Assembly: GCA_965645245.1 (NCBI GenBank)
Contig: OZ287085.1
Coordinates: 1,178,001 to 1,242,000 of the forward strand
Origin: Massalongia carnosa
Lineage: Eukaryota
Length of the DNA: 64,000 bases
Reading direction: 5' to 3'
A program made the position numbers and the translations under genes. This document shows, one piece after another, positions 22,201 to 34,475 of this stretch. Below the pieces are notes generated by a model. It searched no databases. It had not been told where the DNA came from and worked only from the letters and a program-made list of their open reading frames with translations. Position 1 is the stretch's first letter. Every line of letters starts with the position of its first letter.

Positions 22201-24249
22201 GGAGGTGGTCATCTAGATGTGGTAGAGAGATTGCTTCAAGAGAAGGCTGACGTTAATGCTGCTGCTGCTGCATCCTATGGCAGAACTGCACTTCAAGCAG
22301 CAGCTGAAGGTGGCCATCTAGATGTGGTAGAGAGATTGCCTCAAGAGAAGGCTGACGTTAATGCTGCTGCTGCTGCATCCCGTGGCAGAACTGCACTTCA
22401 AGCAGCAGCTGAAGGTGGCCATCTAGATGTGGTAGAGAGATTGCTTCAAAAGAAGGCTGACGTTAATGCTGCTGCTGCTGCATCCTATGGCAGAACTGCA
22501 CTTCAAGCAGCAGCTGAAGGTGGCCATCTAGATGTGGTGGAGAGATTGCTTCAAGAAAAGGTTGACGTTAATGCTGCTGCTGCTGTATTCAGTGGCAGGA
22601 CTGCACTTCAAGCAGCAGCTGGAGGTGATCATCTAGATGTAGTGAAGAGATTGCTTCAAGACAAGGCTGACGTTAATGCTGCTGCTGCTGCATTCATTGG
22701 CAGAACTGCACTTCAAGCAGCAGCTGGAGGTGGCCATCTGGATGTGGTAGAGAGATTGCTTCAAGAGAAGGCTGACGTTAATGCTGCTGCTGCTGCATCC
22801 TATGGCAGAACTGCACTTCAAGCAGCAGCTGAAGGTGGCCATCAAGATGTGGTAGAGAGATTGCTTCAAGAGAAGGCTGACGTTAATGCTGCTGCTGCTG
22901 AATACCATGGCAGAACTGCACTTCGAGCAGCAGCTGGAGGTGGTCATCTAGATGTAGTGAAGAGATTGCTTCAAGAGAAGGCTGACGTTAATGCTGCTGC
23001 TGCTGGATTCTTTGGCAGAACTGCACTTCAAGCAGCAGCTGAAGGTGGCCATCTAGATGTGGTAGAGAGATTGCTTCAAGAGAAGGCTGACGTTAATGCT
23101 GCTGCTGCTGCATCCTATGGCAGAACTGCACTTCAAGCAGCAGCTGGAGGTGGCCATCTGGATGTGGTAGAGAGATTGCTTCAAGAGAAGGCTGACGTTA
23201 ATGCTGCTGCTGCTGAAGACAATGGCAGAACTGCACTTCAAGCAGCAGCTGAAGGTGGCCATCTGGATGTGGTAGAGAGATTGCTTCAAGAGAAGGCTGA
23301 CGTTAATGCTGCTGCTGCTGAATACCATGGCAGAACTGCACTTCGAGCAGCAGCTGGAGGTGGTCATCTAGATGTAGTGAAGAGATTGCTTCAAGAGAAG
23401 GCTGACGTTAATGCTGCTGCTGCTGGATTCTTTGGCAGAACTGCACTTCGAGCAGCAGCTGGAGGTGGTCATCTAGATGTAGTGAAGAGATTGCTTCAAG
23501 AGAAGGCTGACGTTAATGCTGCTGCTGCTGCATCCTATGGCAGAACTGCACTTCAAGCAGCAGCTGAAGGTGGCCATCTAGATGTGGTAGAGAGATTGCT
23601 TCAAGAGAAGGCTGACGTTAATGCTGCTGCTGCTAAATACGATGGCAGAACTGCACTTCGAGCAGCAGCTGAAGGTGGCCATCTAGATGTGGTAGAGAGA
23701 TTGCTTCAAGAGAAGGCTGACGTTAATGCTGCTGCTGCTGAAGACAATGGCAGAACTGCACTTCAAGCAGCAGCTGAAGGTGGCCATCTGGATGTGGTAG
23801 AGAGATTGCTTCAAGAGAAGGCTGACGTTAATGCTGCTGCTGCTGCATCCTATGGCAGAACTGCACTTCAAGCAGCAGCTGGAGGTGGCCATCTGGATGT
23901 GGTAGAGAGATTGCTTCAAGAGAAGGCTGACGTTAATGCTGCTGCTGCTACATCCTATAGCAGAACTGCACTTCAAGCAGCAGCTGAAGGTGGCCATCTG
24001 GATGTGGTAGAGAGATTGCTTCAAGAGAAGGCTGACGTTAATGCTGCTGCTGCTGAATACCATGGCAGAACTGCACTTCGAGCAGCAGCTGAAGGTGGCC
24101 ATCTAGATGTGGTAGAGAGATTGCTTCAAGAGAAGGCTGACGTTAATGCTGCTGCTGCTGCATCCTATGGCAGAACTGCACTTCAAGCAGCAGCTGAAGG
24201 TGGCCATCTAGATGTGGTAGAGAGACTGCGTGCTGCAGGTGCGAAATAG
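19201..24249 (+). CDS. Fungal NLR-like STAND protein: helical N-terminal domain, NACHT, winged helix, about 21 ankyrin repeats
   Basis: Exons 19201-19521, 19566-19755, 19832-20272, 20323-20347, 20399-20974 and 21024-24249 splice in frame. Walker A GRLGSGKS, Walker B FIVLDGLDEC, SSR sensor, GMFLWV, LPRDLPETF, HFTHGSVKQYL, then GRTALQAAAEGGHLDVVERLL repeats. Confidence 0.93.
22081..24240 (+). repeat. Coding tandem array: 20 full plus 1 partial 105-bp ankyrin units with very high internal identity
   Basis: Period of exactly 105 nt from 22081 to 24181. Confidence 0.97.
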
Positions 24250-26283
24250 TTGCTTTAACCAAAGGCATCACTTTTCAAGATCTCCCTCTCGATAAGTCCG
24301 TGGTCTGGCTTTCTCGAGTTTTGATCGATCAGAGTATTTCATACATTGATTACGATCCGTAGTATCTATCGTACATGTCAATCTTCCAATCGTTCCCCCT
24401 TCTCCGGGAGGCGAATAACAACATCACCTTCTGAGCATCTTTTAAGCCAGTCTCTTGTTTACATTTTTCTCTTTATGTATGATAGGTTGCTATACTTTAA
24501 GCTCTTGCCGTCTGATTCATCTTCTTGTCGGATCTTCCTGTCTAAATGACTTGAGGTCGCTGCTTTAGTTGCTTTACTAGTGATGCTAGTCATTTTGATC
24601 TTGAAGGAAGGCAGGAGGGAGAGTCGAGTTGCTGAATGCCGTGAAGATGGTTTTTACGGGCGACGGCGAAGATTTGAATATTAATTAGAGTATACGGGGT
24701 CGTATTGATGGGAAGAAAGAGGGGTGAAATAAAACATGGAGAGGGCGAAGTGTTATCATCTTCTAAGCAATAACTTCAATGTCATTTTCTTCTGCTATCT
24801 AGACTGAAACCCTTCATTCTAATCATATTCGTATGTTCGATTTTCATCTGTCCTCATCTCATGTAATAATAATAGTAAGATGTTGATCATCATCTTCAGC
24901 AAAGCAATATTATGTGAAACACTAGTTTTCGGCAAGACAGCGCGCTCAAGTCTGTTCTGAACGACAAGAGTAATGACGGATGATGAAGCTGGAAAGTGTC
25001 ATCAAGTGTAACCTGCAGAACGGATAAGATATGACAAGGATTTCGTCAGCCTTAATCACGACGTTTCAGTTTCTTGGTGTCTCTTCAGTTCTGCAGCAAT
25101 CCTGAAGCCGCGAAACGGGCATCGTTCACTCAGGACTTCTTCTATTGAATCAAGCATTGCTTTCAGGACCTTTTCGAGCAACTGCATTATATCTCATTGC
25201 CAACACTGCTGCTTGTAGACACCTGCCGTCTGAAAAGGCGGGTATCACTTCGACCTCCCGTTGACGCTCTCAAGCGCATTATCAGGGTTTTGCTCTCTCT
25301 TACGGCCGGTCGAAAGAATAGACGAAGAGCCGATAGACGGAGAGCCGATAGACGATTTGAAGTGCAAGATGATTTAGCAGACGCGTATCTGCTGATGTCT
25401 GACTCAGCCCCCGTTTAATCTGAAGAAAGTAGTAAGTAAAAGTGACGGTCTTTAACATGGCGTTTCAAAAAGGCTTCTTCGTAACGTCAGATCAACGCCT
25501 TTTCTCTGTGGGACGCAGCTTAGCTTCTTTTCATTGTTATTCCTTTGAAGCATTTCCTCTTTGCCGTCTGCTTCCGACAATTTGTCATCCCACTGAGCGC
25601 TTCTGTCCCAGGATATTGAGGGATTACTCTCGCTATCACAGCAAGCTTCGTTATTAGACTGGTAACTTGATTCGCAGGCTATGAACGAGCGGTAGAAATC
25701 GCAAGTGAAGGGGTGATATACGGCGTCAGGAATTCATTCTTTCGATATAGGATGGAACTTTGGAAAAAAGATGACCTATCAGTATTGATTCGTCGAATGG
25801 GGGTGCGGATCTTACCCAGCTTTTAAACCAGCCGCGGAAGTCGGTGGAGTGCTCAGCGAACTCCGCTCTCTGCATTGCTTCGTATCCTGCTCCATAGAAG
25901 GCGAGTGGTTGCTCGCATGGATTCATGTACTGCTGCTGCTAGCCTCTCGCTCAGCATTCTGAGAGTCGCCGTGCTCAGGATTCTGATTTCCGAAATCCAT
26001 CGAACATTCGTCGTTCCTGAATATCGGCTCCTCTGCGGGTTGTCGACATGACGTTCAGAGAAAGAGAAAGCTAATATTCCCACTCGTTTATATTTAAAAA
26101 TAGAATAATTTATTTTCAGCGCCTGCTCCAATGACTTTTAACGTAATTCACCTGATTTCGGAACACCCGCTTATTCGGAACTAACGAAACCACGAAACTT
26201 ACTTTCAATCATTATCTCTTCTACAACTTATTGAAGAAAACCCTAAAACTGATTTAATAAGAAAGGGTATTATAATTATTATA

Positions 26284-28960
26284 GAGTACGGATACGTGGA
26301 CACCCCTTTGGTTACCTGGACACCCCCTGAGGTTACCTGGACACCCCCTGAGGTTACCTGGACACCCCCCAGTGATACACGGACACCCCCTTCCTAGAAT
26401 AGGTAAGAATCAAGGGTTCAGCCCCCTCACTTACCCACTTCGGGGTAAGCTCCCGGGCGCATATCGGGGAAATTTTTTCCTTCACCTTTTGAAAGTGGTC
26501 GGGAATTTCTGAAACGAAGTCGATTGGCACTGTCTTTGCAAATCAGACTCTGATTCTAGAAACTAAGCCTCATTTGGTCTAATTAATGATGATAACCTCC
26601 TCATCTCCGCTTGCTGTCGCTGTCCCCCCCCCCCTTGTCGCCGTCCCCGCCTCCGAGTCATTTGTAGTCAGCCTATCTGCCAATCCCCTTGTTATAACCC
26701 CTCCTCTAGCCCTACCTCCCCGTCCCCATCCCGATCCCCGTCCCCGTCTGCCTCGTCCACGACCAGGTGCCGGGTCCGCTCGATGAACGGCTGATTGATC
26801 TGCATCCGGGTCCACCCGCTCGAAAAGGGAAGGATCACGATTAGTAGATGCCTCGAATGCTTGCTGTCTTCTATTCAAAGTCTCCGCACCTGGAGGTCTG
26901 CCCCTTGGTCTAGCAACTTCGGGTGCCTGAACCCGAAGATAAGGATTATCAATAGCCACACGGGCTGTCCTACCAAACCTCCAATGAGGATGAATATCTT
27001 CCAATAGCAACTTTCCCCCCCCATCCCCATACAATCGTTCCTGAATCTTATGACTGCACGGAAGACCCATGGTTAAACTGAACGTTCCAGTACAGGCCGG
27101 AATAGCTGTTGGTTGACCAACCAAACGTTCGTATTGAGGCATTATCTTTCTCAAAGCATAGGAAGTGACGTATGGACTGATTTCCTGAAAGATAGGTTTG
27201 CGAATATCCATAGGTAGTCGCACCTTCGCTTCATCAAGACGAATCAGATGATTGTGAAGTTCATTGATCAATAGAAGATTGATTCCGTCCACCACCGTCT
27301 TAAGATCTCCAGATGATGACCCTAGCTGTCGCTTAAGTACTGCATGCCCACCTTCACCTCGAGAGGTAGTGGTGGTTTCGAAATGAGTAATCATACTGGT
27401 ATAGCACTTGACAAAACGATGTCGGAAGGGTATGTAGATGTCGTTTAGATATTCCACACATTGATCCTGACCCTGATACTGAATCCTGAATCGCTCCCAT
27501 GACTCCAAAAACTCTGGTTCTGACGAGGCATAAACGACCGTTTTCCAGTCAGCGAAGAAGGAGTCCCACACCTCTTTGGTATCGAAGCTCTTCTTGCAAT
27601 TGGTCAGGACGTTATTATTGATGTGCCATAAGCAAAGCAGATGATTGGTTGCGGGGAAAACATCCTCAATTCCAGCTATCAGACTCTTTTCCATGTCCGT
27701 GACTATGACGATCGGGTTAGGAAGCATCATCCCATCATACATACCTCGCAATTGCTGCAACATCCAGGTATAATCAGACGTGGCTTCCTTGGCCATGAAG
27801 CAAAATGCCACATAGAAGTTGGTATGTAGGGCGGTTTGACCACTGATGATCAATAAGGGCATCTTATATCTGTTGGTTTGTAAGTGGCGTCCATCACCAA
27901 CACCTCGTAATTCGTCTTCAATAGTCGTTGAGAACAGCCCTTAATAAAGAATAAATGAGTTATTCTATCTAGATCATCCTTTTGCATCTGATACGTCCAA
28001 TCTCCTTGATCCAGCTCTCGGATTAATGCCTGAACCGGAGTCAATGGGCCGAGTGTCTCGCGACGAAGCTGTGCTTTGACGTTGTAGATATCCCGAGGTT
28101 TGAATAAGGGATTGATGATGTAGGGATTTTCTGGATCGTCAAAATTGATTCCCGTCGTCGGATCAGCAACACGAAGACTAGATAAAATCTTGAAAGGGGC
28201 TGTTTGCACGATCAGAGCTCGGGAAATCTCACTTTTAACCTCTTTCGTCATCGCCAATTTCCTCAACGCTGGATGAGCACCAGCGAGGGTAGAAGCATGA
28301 TTATGAGTCGATTTGACCACCTCCAAAAACCAGATACCACTGTCGTTTTCTCGTGTGGCCACACAAGAGAAAGGGCATTCAATTCGTCGGCTACCCGTAT
28401 GTTGCCGATCCTGACCTCTTGGTCCGTCGGTTTTTCTTCCTCGATCACATATCAGCCATGCCTTTCTTGTTACCTTAAGTTTCGACTTCTTGGTTCGACC
28501 CAAAACGACTGCGTATCCTTGACGACCAGCATGCTCATTGACTCGTAGAACCAGGTCTTCCAGACTTTCAAAACTTTGTCCATCCTCGGGGGGTGCAAGT
28601 CCGCCAGGGGGTAGAGGGCCAGGTGGTCGGGGTGGAGTAGCTGGTTCATCTTCGAGGGGTGCAAGTCCGTCAGGAGGTGGGGCAGGAGGTGGGGGGTCAG
28701 GAGGCGGTGCAGACATGATAAAGTGACAAAATGTTGGTGATAATGATGTTTACGAAGTGCCAAAATGTTGGTGTTTACGGTTGAAAAAAAAATTCCCGAG
28801 GTGCACCCTCGGGAGCTTACCCCGAAGTGGGTAAGTGAGGGGGCTGAACCCTTGATTCTTACCTATTCTAGGAAGGGGGTGTCCGTGTATCACTGGGGGG
28901 TGTCCAGGTAACCTCAGGGGGTGTCCAGGTAGCCAAAGGGGTGTCCACGTATCCGTACTC
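26284..28960 (-). mobile_element. Mutator-like element (MULE-1)
   Basis: About 150-170-bp TIRs starting GAGTACGGATACGTGGACACCCC, with 8-bp TSD TTATTATA. Confidence 0.95.
26579..28716 (-). pseudogene. MULE transposase (FAR1-like N-terminus, DDE, SWIM-like GLPCSH) with one 1-nt frameshift near 27880
   Basis: MDATYK-(TNRYK)-MPLL is restored by adding one A. Also IVTDME, LLCLWHI and GEGGH motifs. Confidence 0.92.
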
Positions 28961-30546
28961 TTATTATAATAGCTGATTATCGATAAATTACACCGCTGAA
29001 ATGGCTTCTTTCCGGCAGTTTCGAGTTACAAAATCGGGATTGCGTACTACCTTGAAAGACGAGGTTAGAGAACGTTTAAAATAGGCAGTTAAGGTCTATG
29101 AGAAGGCAGAAGGGTCGTGATCTATTACGCAAGCTGCTTGACTTCATGCGGGGTACCGAAAACAACATTGTATCACAGTCGCCAGGACCAGGTATCGTAC
29201 GTTACTTCAAAAGCAGAGGTTAACGCCCGAGGAGGAGGGATCTCTTCAGAGCTGGGTTAACTAGAGCTACTAGACTCCGCCTTTGACAAAATATCAGCTA
29301 AGCCTTATACGGACGATGACACTCTACCTAGCGCTAGTACTCTTATTCAAACGCGTTATCTTTCAGGCCAAATATCACCAATATCAGGAAACATAGTACA
29401 AGTCTCAGAGATTTAGGAGTTTATATTACTATTTCGTCATCAGACTCTTGATTCCTCTAAGCTTACTCTACAAAAAAACCTTAAAGCAGCTAGGCTTGCT
29501 ATAACTGATCGTATTGTCTTGAATCGTACTAATACGGAGCTTTTAACAGCCAATACAAGAAAAAAACAACGAGCTCAACGTACGGGCACTCAATACGATT
29601 TTCAAGGGACTCGCGTATTGAGTTTAGAAGATGTGGAGAAAAGAAGACAACCAGCTGAAAATAAGAAAAAGGAGAAAGAGGCTGGATCACAGGTAGGGAA
29701 AGAAAAACAGAACGATCGACTATTTTTTCAGGGTATCTAAAGACCTAATGAGATTTTAACCCGACCTAATATATGTGCCTGATCTTGTAACATCTTGATC
29801 TTTACTTAAAAATAAGAAACGAGACGATTCTATTTTCAAAATGCTTTTCACGACCTTATTCAGATTACACCTCATATTATAAGGAGACAGTTGAGGGTGA
29901 CCTAGGGTTTAAAAAAACTACTCGAAATAAAGGAAAAGGTATACTATGAAAGAAAAATATCACTAGGTTGGTACAAGGTGATGTGGAAATAGTAGGAAAG
30001 GGGGAGAAGTAGGAAGTTTTAGAGGTTCGGGTTAGCTCGCGCGGTCGTGTCATCTGTAACACTTGTAAAATGTAGCTCTACAAGCTTATGCTAGCTATAT
30101 ATATTCACTAGAACCTGTTCATCAATTCCCGAGTACATGTGCTAGAAATTTTGCGGATGCGGCGGTGATAAAAAATTACTAAGGTTGGTATCAAGTTTGT
30201 TAGTTCCGAATAAGCGGGTGTTCCGAATAGCGGTAAATTACGTTACATCTGCCTTTAATTTATCAAAGAGATCGAAAGACTCGTTAAATAACGAGATGAG
30301 CATCTTCAATATCTCAGTCAAATCATAATCTTGGGGTCTTCCGCTTGATCGATTGCTTAATTCAAAAGCTTGACGACTTTCGTGTTGTTCATTAATAGCT
30401 AATCTTGAGGCAGTTTAGTGGTAGCAGTGGCGGAGTTCTTGGCACCAATTAGGATAAAAATAATGTACCCCCACCAGGGACCGCCGCTTTTAACTAGCCA
30501 ACGGGGCGAGCACCTTGTCTGTAATACGGATGGCGCTAGAAGGATA

Positions 30547-31884
30547 CAGTCCCGTGTCAAAAGTTTCCGACTCTACCCGCGATTTTCGTGATTTCGCGTT
30601 TTAACCCCTCCAACCCATCAACTTTGACCTCATCATTTCACCATGCCACGCACTCCGTTGGCTTCAATTTCTGGTAATAAGCCTCGTAATACCAAATTGA
30701 ATCAATGTTAAAGAGGTATGATTATTGGAGCCCAGGCGTTGGGGCATGCACCGGCCGAAATTGCAAAGACATATAATGTGCCTCGAACCACCGTCATTTA
30801 CACTCTTCAAAAGCACTCAGAACGCAACAACGAAAAGTCCAAATCGCGATCAGGTCGGCCTGGAATATTTTCGGATCGCGATAGAAGACGTATCATCAAC
30901 TTTGCACGAATCAATCCACGCATCACCTATGCGCAGCTGCGTACGGAGGCCGGGGTGCAATGCAGTCGATCCACTCTCTATCGGACGCTCAAAGACTACG
31001 GTATAACAAACTGGCTGGCTAAAAAGCGGCCTTTATTGACGCCCGAGGTGGCAAAGAAGAGATTAGAATGGTGCTTGCTTCGGCGTGAGTAGACTTCTGA
31101 GCAATGGTCAAAAATTATATGGTCAGACGAGTGTTCGGTGGAAAAGGGGTCAGGAAAATAGCGTCAATGGATGTTCAGATTTCCGGAGGAAAAATGAAAA
31201 AAACCTATGATACAACCGTACGCCAAAGGCAAGGAGGTCAAGGTTATGGTATGGGGGGCTTTTTGTATGAGAGGAAGGTCAGATCTTTACAAATTGGCCC
31301 GCGATTTCGAAGCAAAGAAGATGGGGCACTCCGCGAATTCATATTTGGAATTATTGAACGATAATCTGCTTGAAATTTGGGAACCGGGCTTCATTTTCGT
31401 ACAGGATAATGCACCGATTCATACTGCCAAAAAGGTGAAGAAATGGTTCGATGAAAACGGTATAACAATCATCGATTGGCCTCCTTATTCTCCTGATTTG
31501 AACCCCGTCGAGCACGTTTGGTATGTGCTCAAACAGCTCTTTTATCAAGTCAATCCGGACATCGATTCGGTGACTGGTAGTGATGATAAGGTCCGCGAGG
31601 TACTTTGGAAAGCGTTGGAAGAAGCATAGGCCTTGATAGATGAGGAAATGTTGAGAAGTTTAATAGAGAGCATGGAAAGGAGGATTAAAGCTTGCATCCA
31701 ATCGAAAGGATAGTATACGAAATATTAAAAATATATTTCTCATCCCAAATTCCTTGCTAGAATGTATGTAATCATCGTACCAAGTTTCAAGGCATAAAAT
31801 AAAAACTTGGTGGTTGATAATTCAAAGCAGTGGGGGGGGTAAAAAGTTGATGGGGAGCTGTCGGAAACTTTTGACCTAGTACTG
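30547..31884 (+). mobile_element. Tc1/mariner transposon (DD34E), Tc1-1
   Basis: 25-bp imperfect TIRs CAGT...GTCAAAAGTTTCCGAC with TA TSD. Confidence 0.93.
30643..31728 (+). pseudogene. Tc1 DD34E transposase with about 6 in-frame stops
   Basis: WSDE, QDNAPIH-34-SPDLNPVE. Stops fall mostly at expected Trp/Gln codons and the frame is otherwise preserved. Confidence 0.92.
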
Positions 31885-33628
31885 TACGTGATCGCCTATG
31901 GCGGTTGCGGGATTAACTAGCATGAGCCAGGCCGTAGTACTTAGTCGCACAGCCGTCGAGGTTGACACGACGCCACCTTGCCACACAACTCCGAATCCTA
32001 CGTTCTAGACTGCTTACAGATCAAACACCTGTCGAGGCCGTGGTGGTAGATTGCCATGGAGTAAGGCGAACTCCTGTGGAGAAGCCGTGAACTCTATATA
32101 GGATCTACTGGCCTACTCGGAGCTACTCGATCTCTTGATGGATCAAGAGTTGTAGCAGGAGGCACCGCTAGCTGGACGCAGCTTGAGCTCGGCCTCCCCG
32201 GTGTAAACTTCAGCTTCAACCTTTATTGTTACGTTGGTAGTGATGTCGGCTGAATCAACCTACATGACCTTGTGGTCTGGACCTTGTGTCTAGAGGCAGG
32301 TCCGCAGTGTAGGTAGAGATTCAGTCGGAGGTAACCTTCCATCGCTACGTTGGTAGTGGTGACGGCGAAATGAAGCTACATAGCCTCGGCGTCTAGACTT
32401 TATGTTTAGAGGCGGGCTAGCAATGTAGTGAGGGATCTAGCCGGAGGTAGAAGTGTTCTACCTTGCAAGGGAAGGTCTAGAAGGCTGCTCGAGGCTGACT
32501 AGATGATCCAGCGAACGCCGAGTTCGTAGATGGATCCTGAGGGATGGTTAGATGTAAGGCGATAAGGTCAGAAGTGGGTTGCAAGGCTCCTAAGTTTCCA
32601 AGGCTTCCCAAGGCTATAGGCTTGGGGTGAGTAGGATAAATACCAGAACGAATCCTGTAGTATTCGTTAGCAATTAGTCTTTATTCTATGAACAACCTAC
32701 GTTTGGGTCTCGGACGAGATCTCTTGGTCTAAGCACTTCCACATCCATTAGTTCTTTGGATCACGTATACTCTCGGAGACTAGCACGTAGTAGCTATCTT
32801 CCTCCTCTCACGCTGAGCATTTCCCTTTCGAGATCAGTGTCGCTCGTGATTAGCTTACTGGTCTCGTAGCCCATTACATTGTCCTTGATGATCAGTAAAG
32901 TTCAGCATTTTTTTGGAAACGCACAGATATCCGTGGAGACTTCTGACGCGCATTTCTTGACAGCTTCTTATTAATGATCTTTGCCTGTGACTATCATGGT
33001 AACGAAATCTTCTGCGACTGGCCTGCAAGACAACCTGGCAGGGTCGATCGCAATTCGAATAACAGTCGATCTTGGGTGTGGTCGGTCGACTATATTGTAC
33101 AGCCTTTTTCTATTTATTTTATGTGGAGGTTGCATCAGATCAAGGCGAACAAGGCGCATGCATTTTCAGCCTTGTTTCAGTACGAATATAAGCCTTCAGC
33201 TGGGAAACTCTTTTCCCAACTGAACTTTTCCTTAGGAAATCAGAACATCTAACTTTGTGGAATTATATGTCAGGGACGAATCCTATTTCAACATCTCAAA
33301 TTTGGTCGAAGTTATTTCTAGAAGTTCTTTGATACCTTCCCGGATAGCTCGATCGATCTTTAGATTTTGTAGACAAAGTTATTATCGCTCTGTTTGACAA
33401 AGTTGATTGCCCGAGCTCATGCCGCAGACCTCATGCTCAAGGATTGTTTATCAGAGGACGATAAATACAATGACAACTCGCAGGATTCTTTATCCTATAG
33501 CCCCACCTCGATCAGGCCACGTTTACGCCGCGCAACAAAAACACTTTAACTTCTTTGATTGCAAGACGAATAATGTTCAACAAGTTGTTATCGAGCTTTG
33601 ACGTTCAGTTGATATTATTCAATATAAG

Positions 33629-33825
33629 TGTTAGAATGTACAAATCAGGCTACTTCATTTCAGCCGCACTCACCTTCTACCGCACGAGTATGGCGCACGC
33701 TAATGGCTAGACGTATCGCTAGTCTAATACTAGCATACCGTACATTGTCTATAAATCTAGCTATTCCCACTATATAGAACAATAGCAAGCGTTCTATCCT
33801 CTATCTACTATACTACCTTTTGATA
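33629..33825. mobile_element. Degenerate solo LTR (197 bp)
   Basis: TGTTA...TGATA (CA mutated to TA) with TSD ATAAG on both sides. Confidence 0.55.
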
Positions 33826-34475
33826 ATAAGTACATTGATATTTTAGTTTGTTGTTTTATAATCAGAACGACGCATTTATATGCGAAGATTGAAAGAACTT
33901 ATTCAGATTTTATCTGAAACTCATACGCCGCGGAATGGGTTCGGTTGGGTTGGGTTATTAAAATGAGAACCCAACCCAATGGGTTTTGGGTTGGGTTGGG
34001 TTATCGTTGGGTTACCCAACAGAAAAGGGTACTGATATATGGACACCCTATCCGCTACCTAGACACACCCTCTCGGGCTACCTAGACACACCCCTTCCGG
34101 ATTTTCAATCATTGTAGATTTATTTTAATGACTATCACAAAGTAAAATGTAGATTATAGATAAAACATTTATTTCGTTGACGTCGAACTACCATAAAGAC
34201 TATCACAAATTCATATGCTATCTTCTATCGGATATCGAATTATGTCGCCCATTCATCGCTTCCTATTCAAAACTCGTAAAGGAAGTCTCTCGCAATCTCT
34301 TCCTTTACTCTCCACCTTCTTGTCACCCCCACCCTCTCCACCCCCCTCCTCTACCTCATCCTTGTTGGAATACTCGCTTAGCCCCATTAGATCTAGCTCA
34401 GCCCTGCAGGCTGCCATGACTGCTATAAGCAGTCACCTCCGTAGTAATTTCAACATTATGCCGTCAACTGTTTAT

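Larger units (their letters stand above)
26141..30243 (+). mobile_element. Degenerate pogo/Fot1-like transposon, host of MULE-1
   Basis: About 45-bp TIRs ACGTAATT...TTCGGAACACCCGCTTATTCGGAACTAAC, TA TSD at both ends, and transposase remnants at about 29000-30075. Confidence 0.85.
30520..32878. mobile_element. About 1.02-kb solo LTR interrupted by Tc1-1
   Basis: TGTAAT...ATTACA termini with TSD TTGTC (30515-30519 and 32879-32883). Internal ~116-bp duplication at about 32230-32460. Confidence 0.78.

Noticed and set aside
22633..24102. Cys/Ser-rich antisense ORFs
   Set aside because: Shadow frames of the ankyrin array.
22081..24240. CRISPR-like or DGR-like reading of the repeat array
   Set aside because: The repeats are in-frame ankyrin codons, the variable part is only 9 nt and recurs, and there is no separate template repeat or dedicated RT.
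33938..34020. Interstitial telomere
   Set aside because: The units are GGGTT pentamers, not TTAGGG, and are mirrored at the other hAT end inside an 8-bp TSD.
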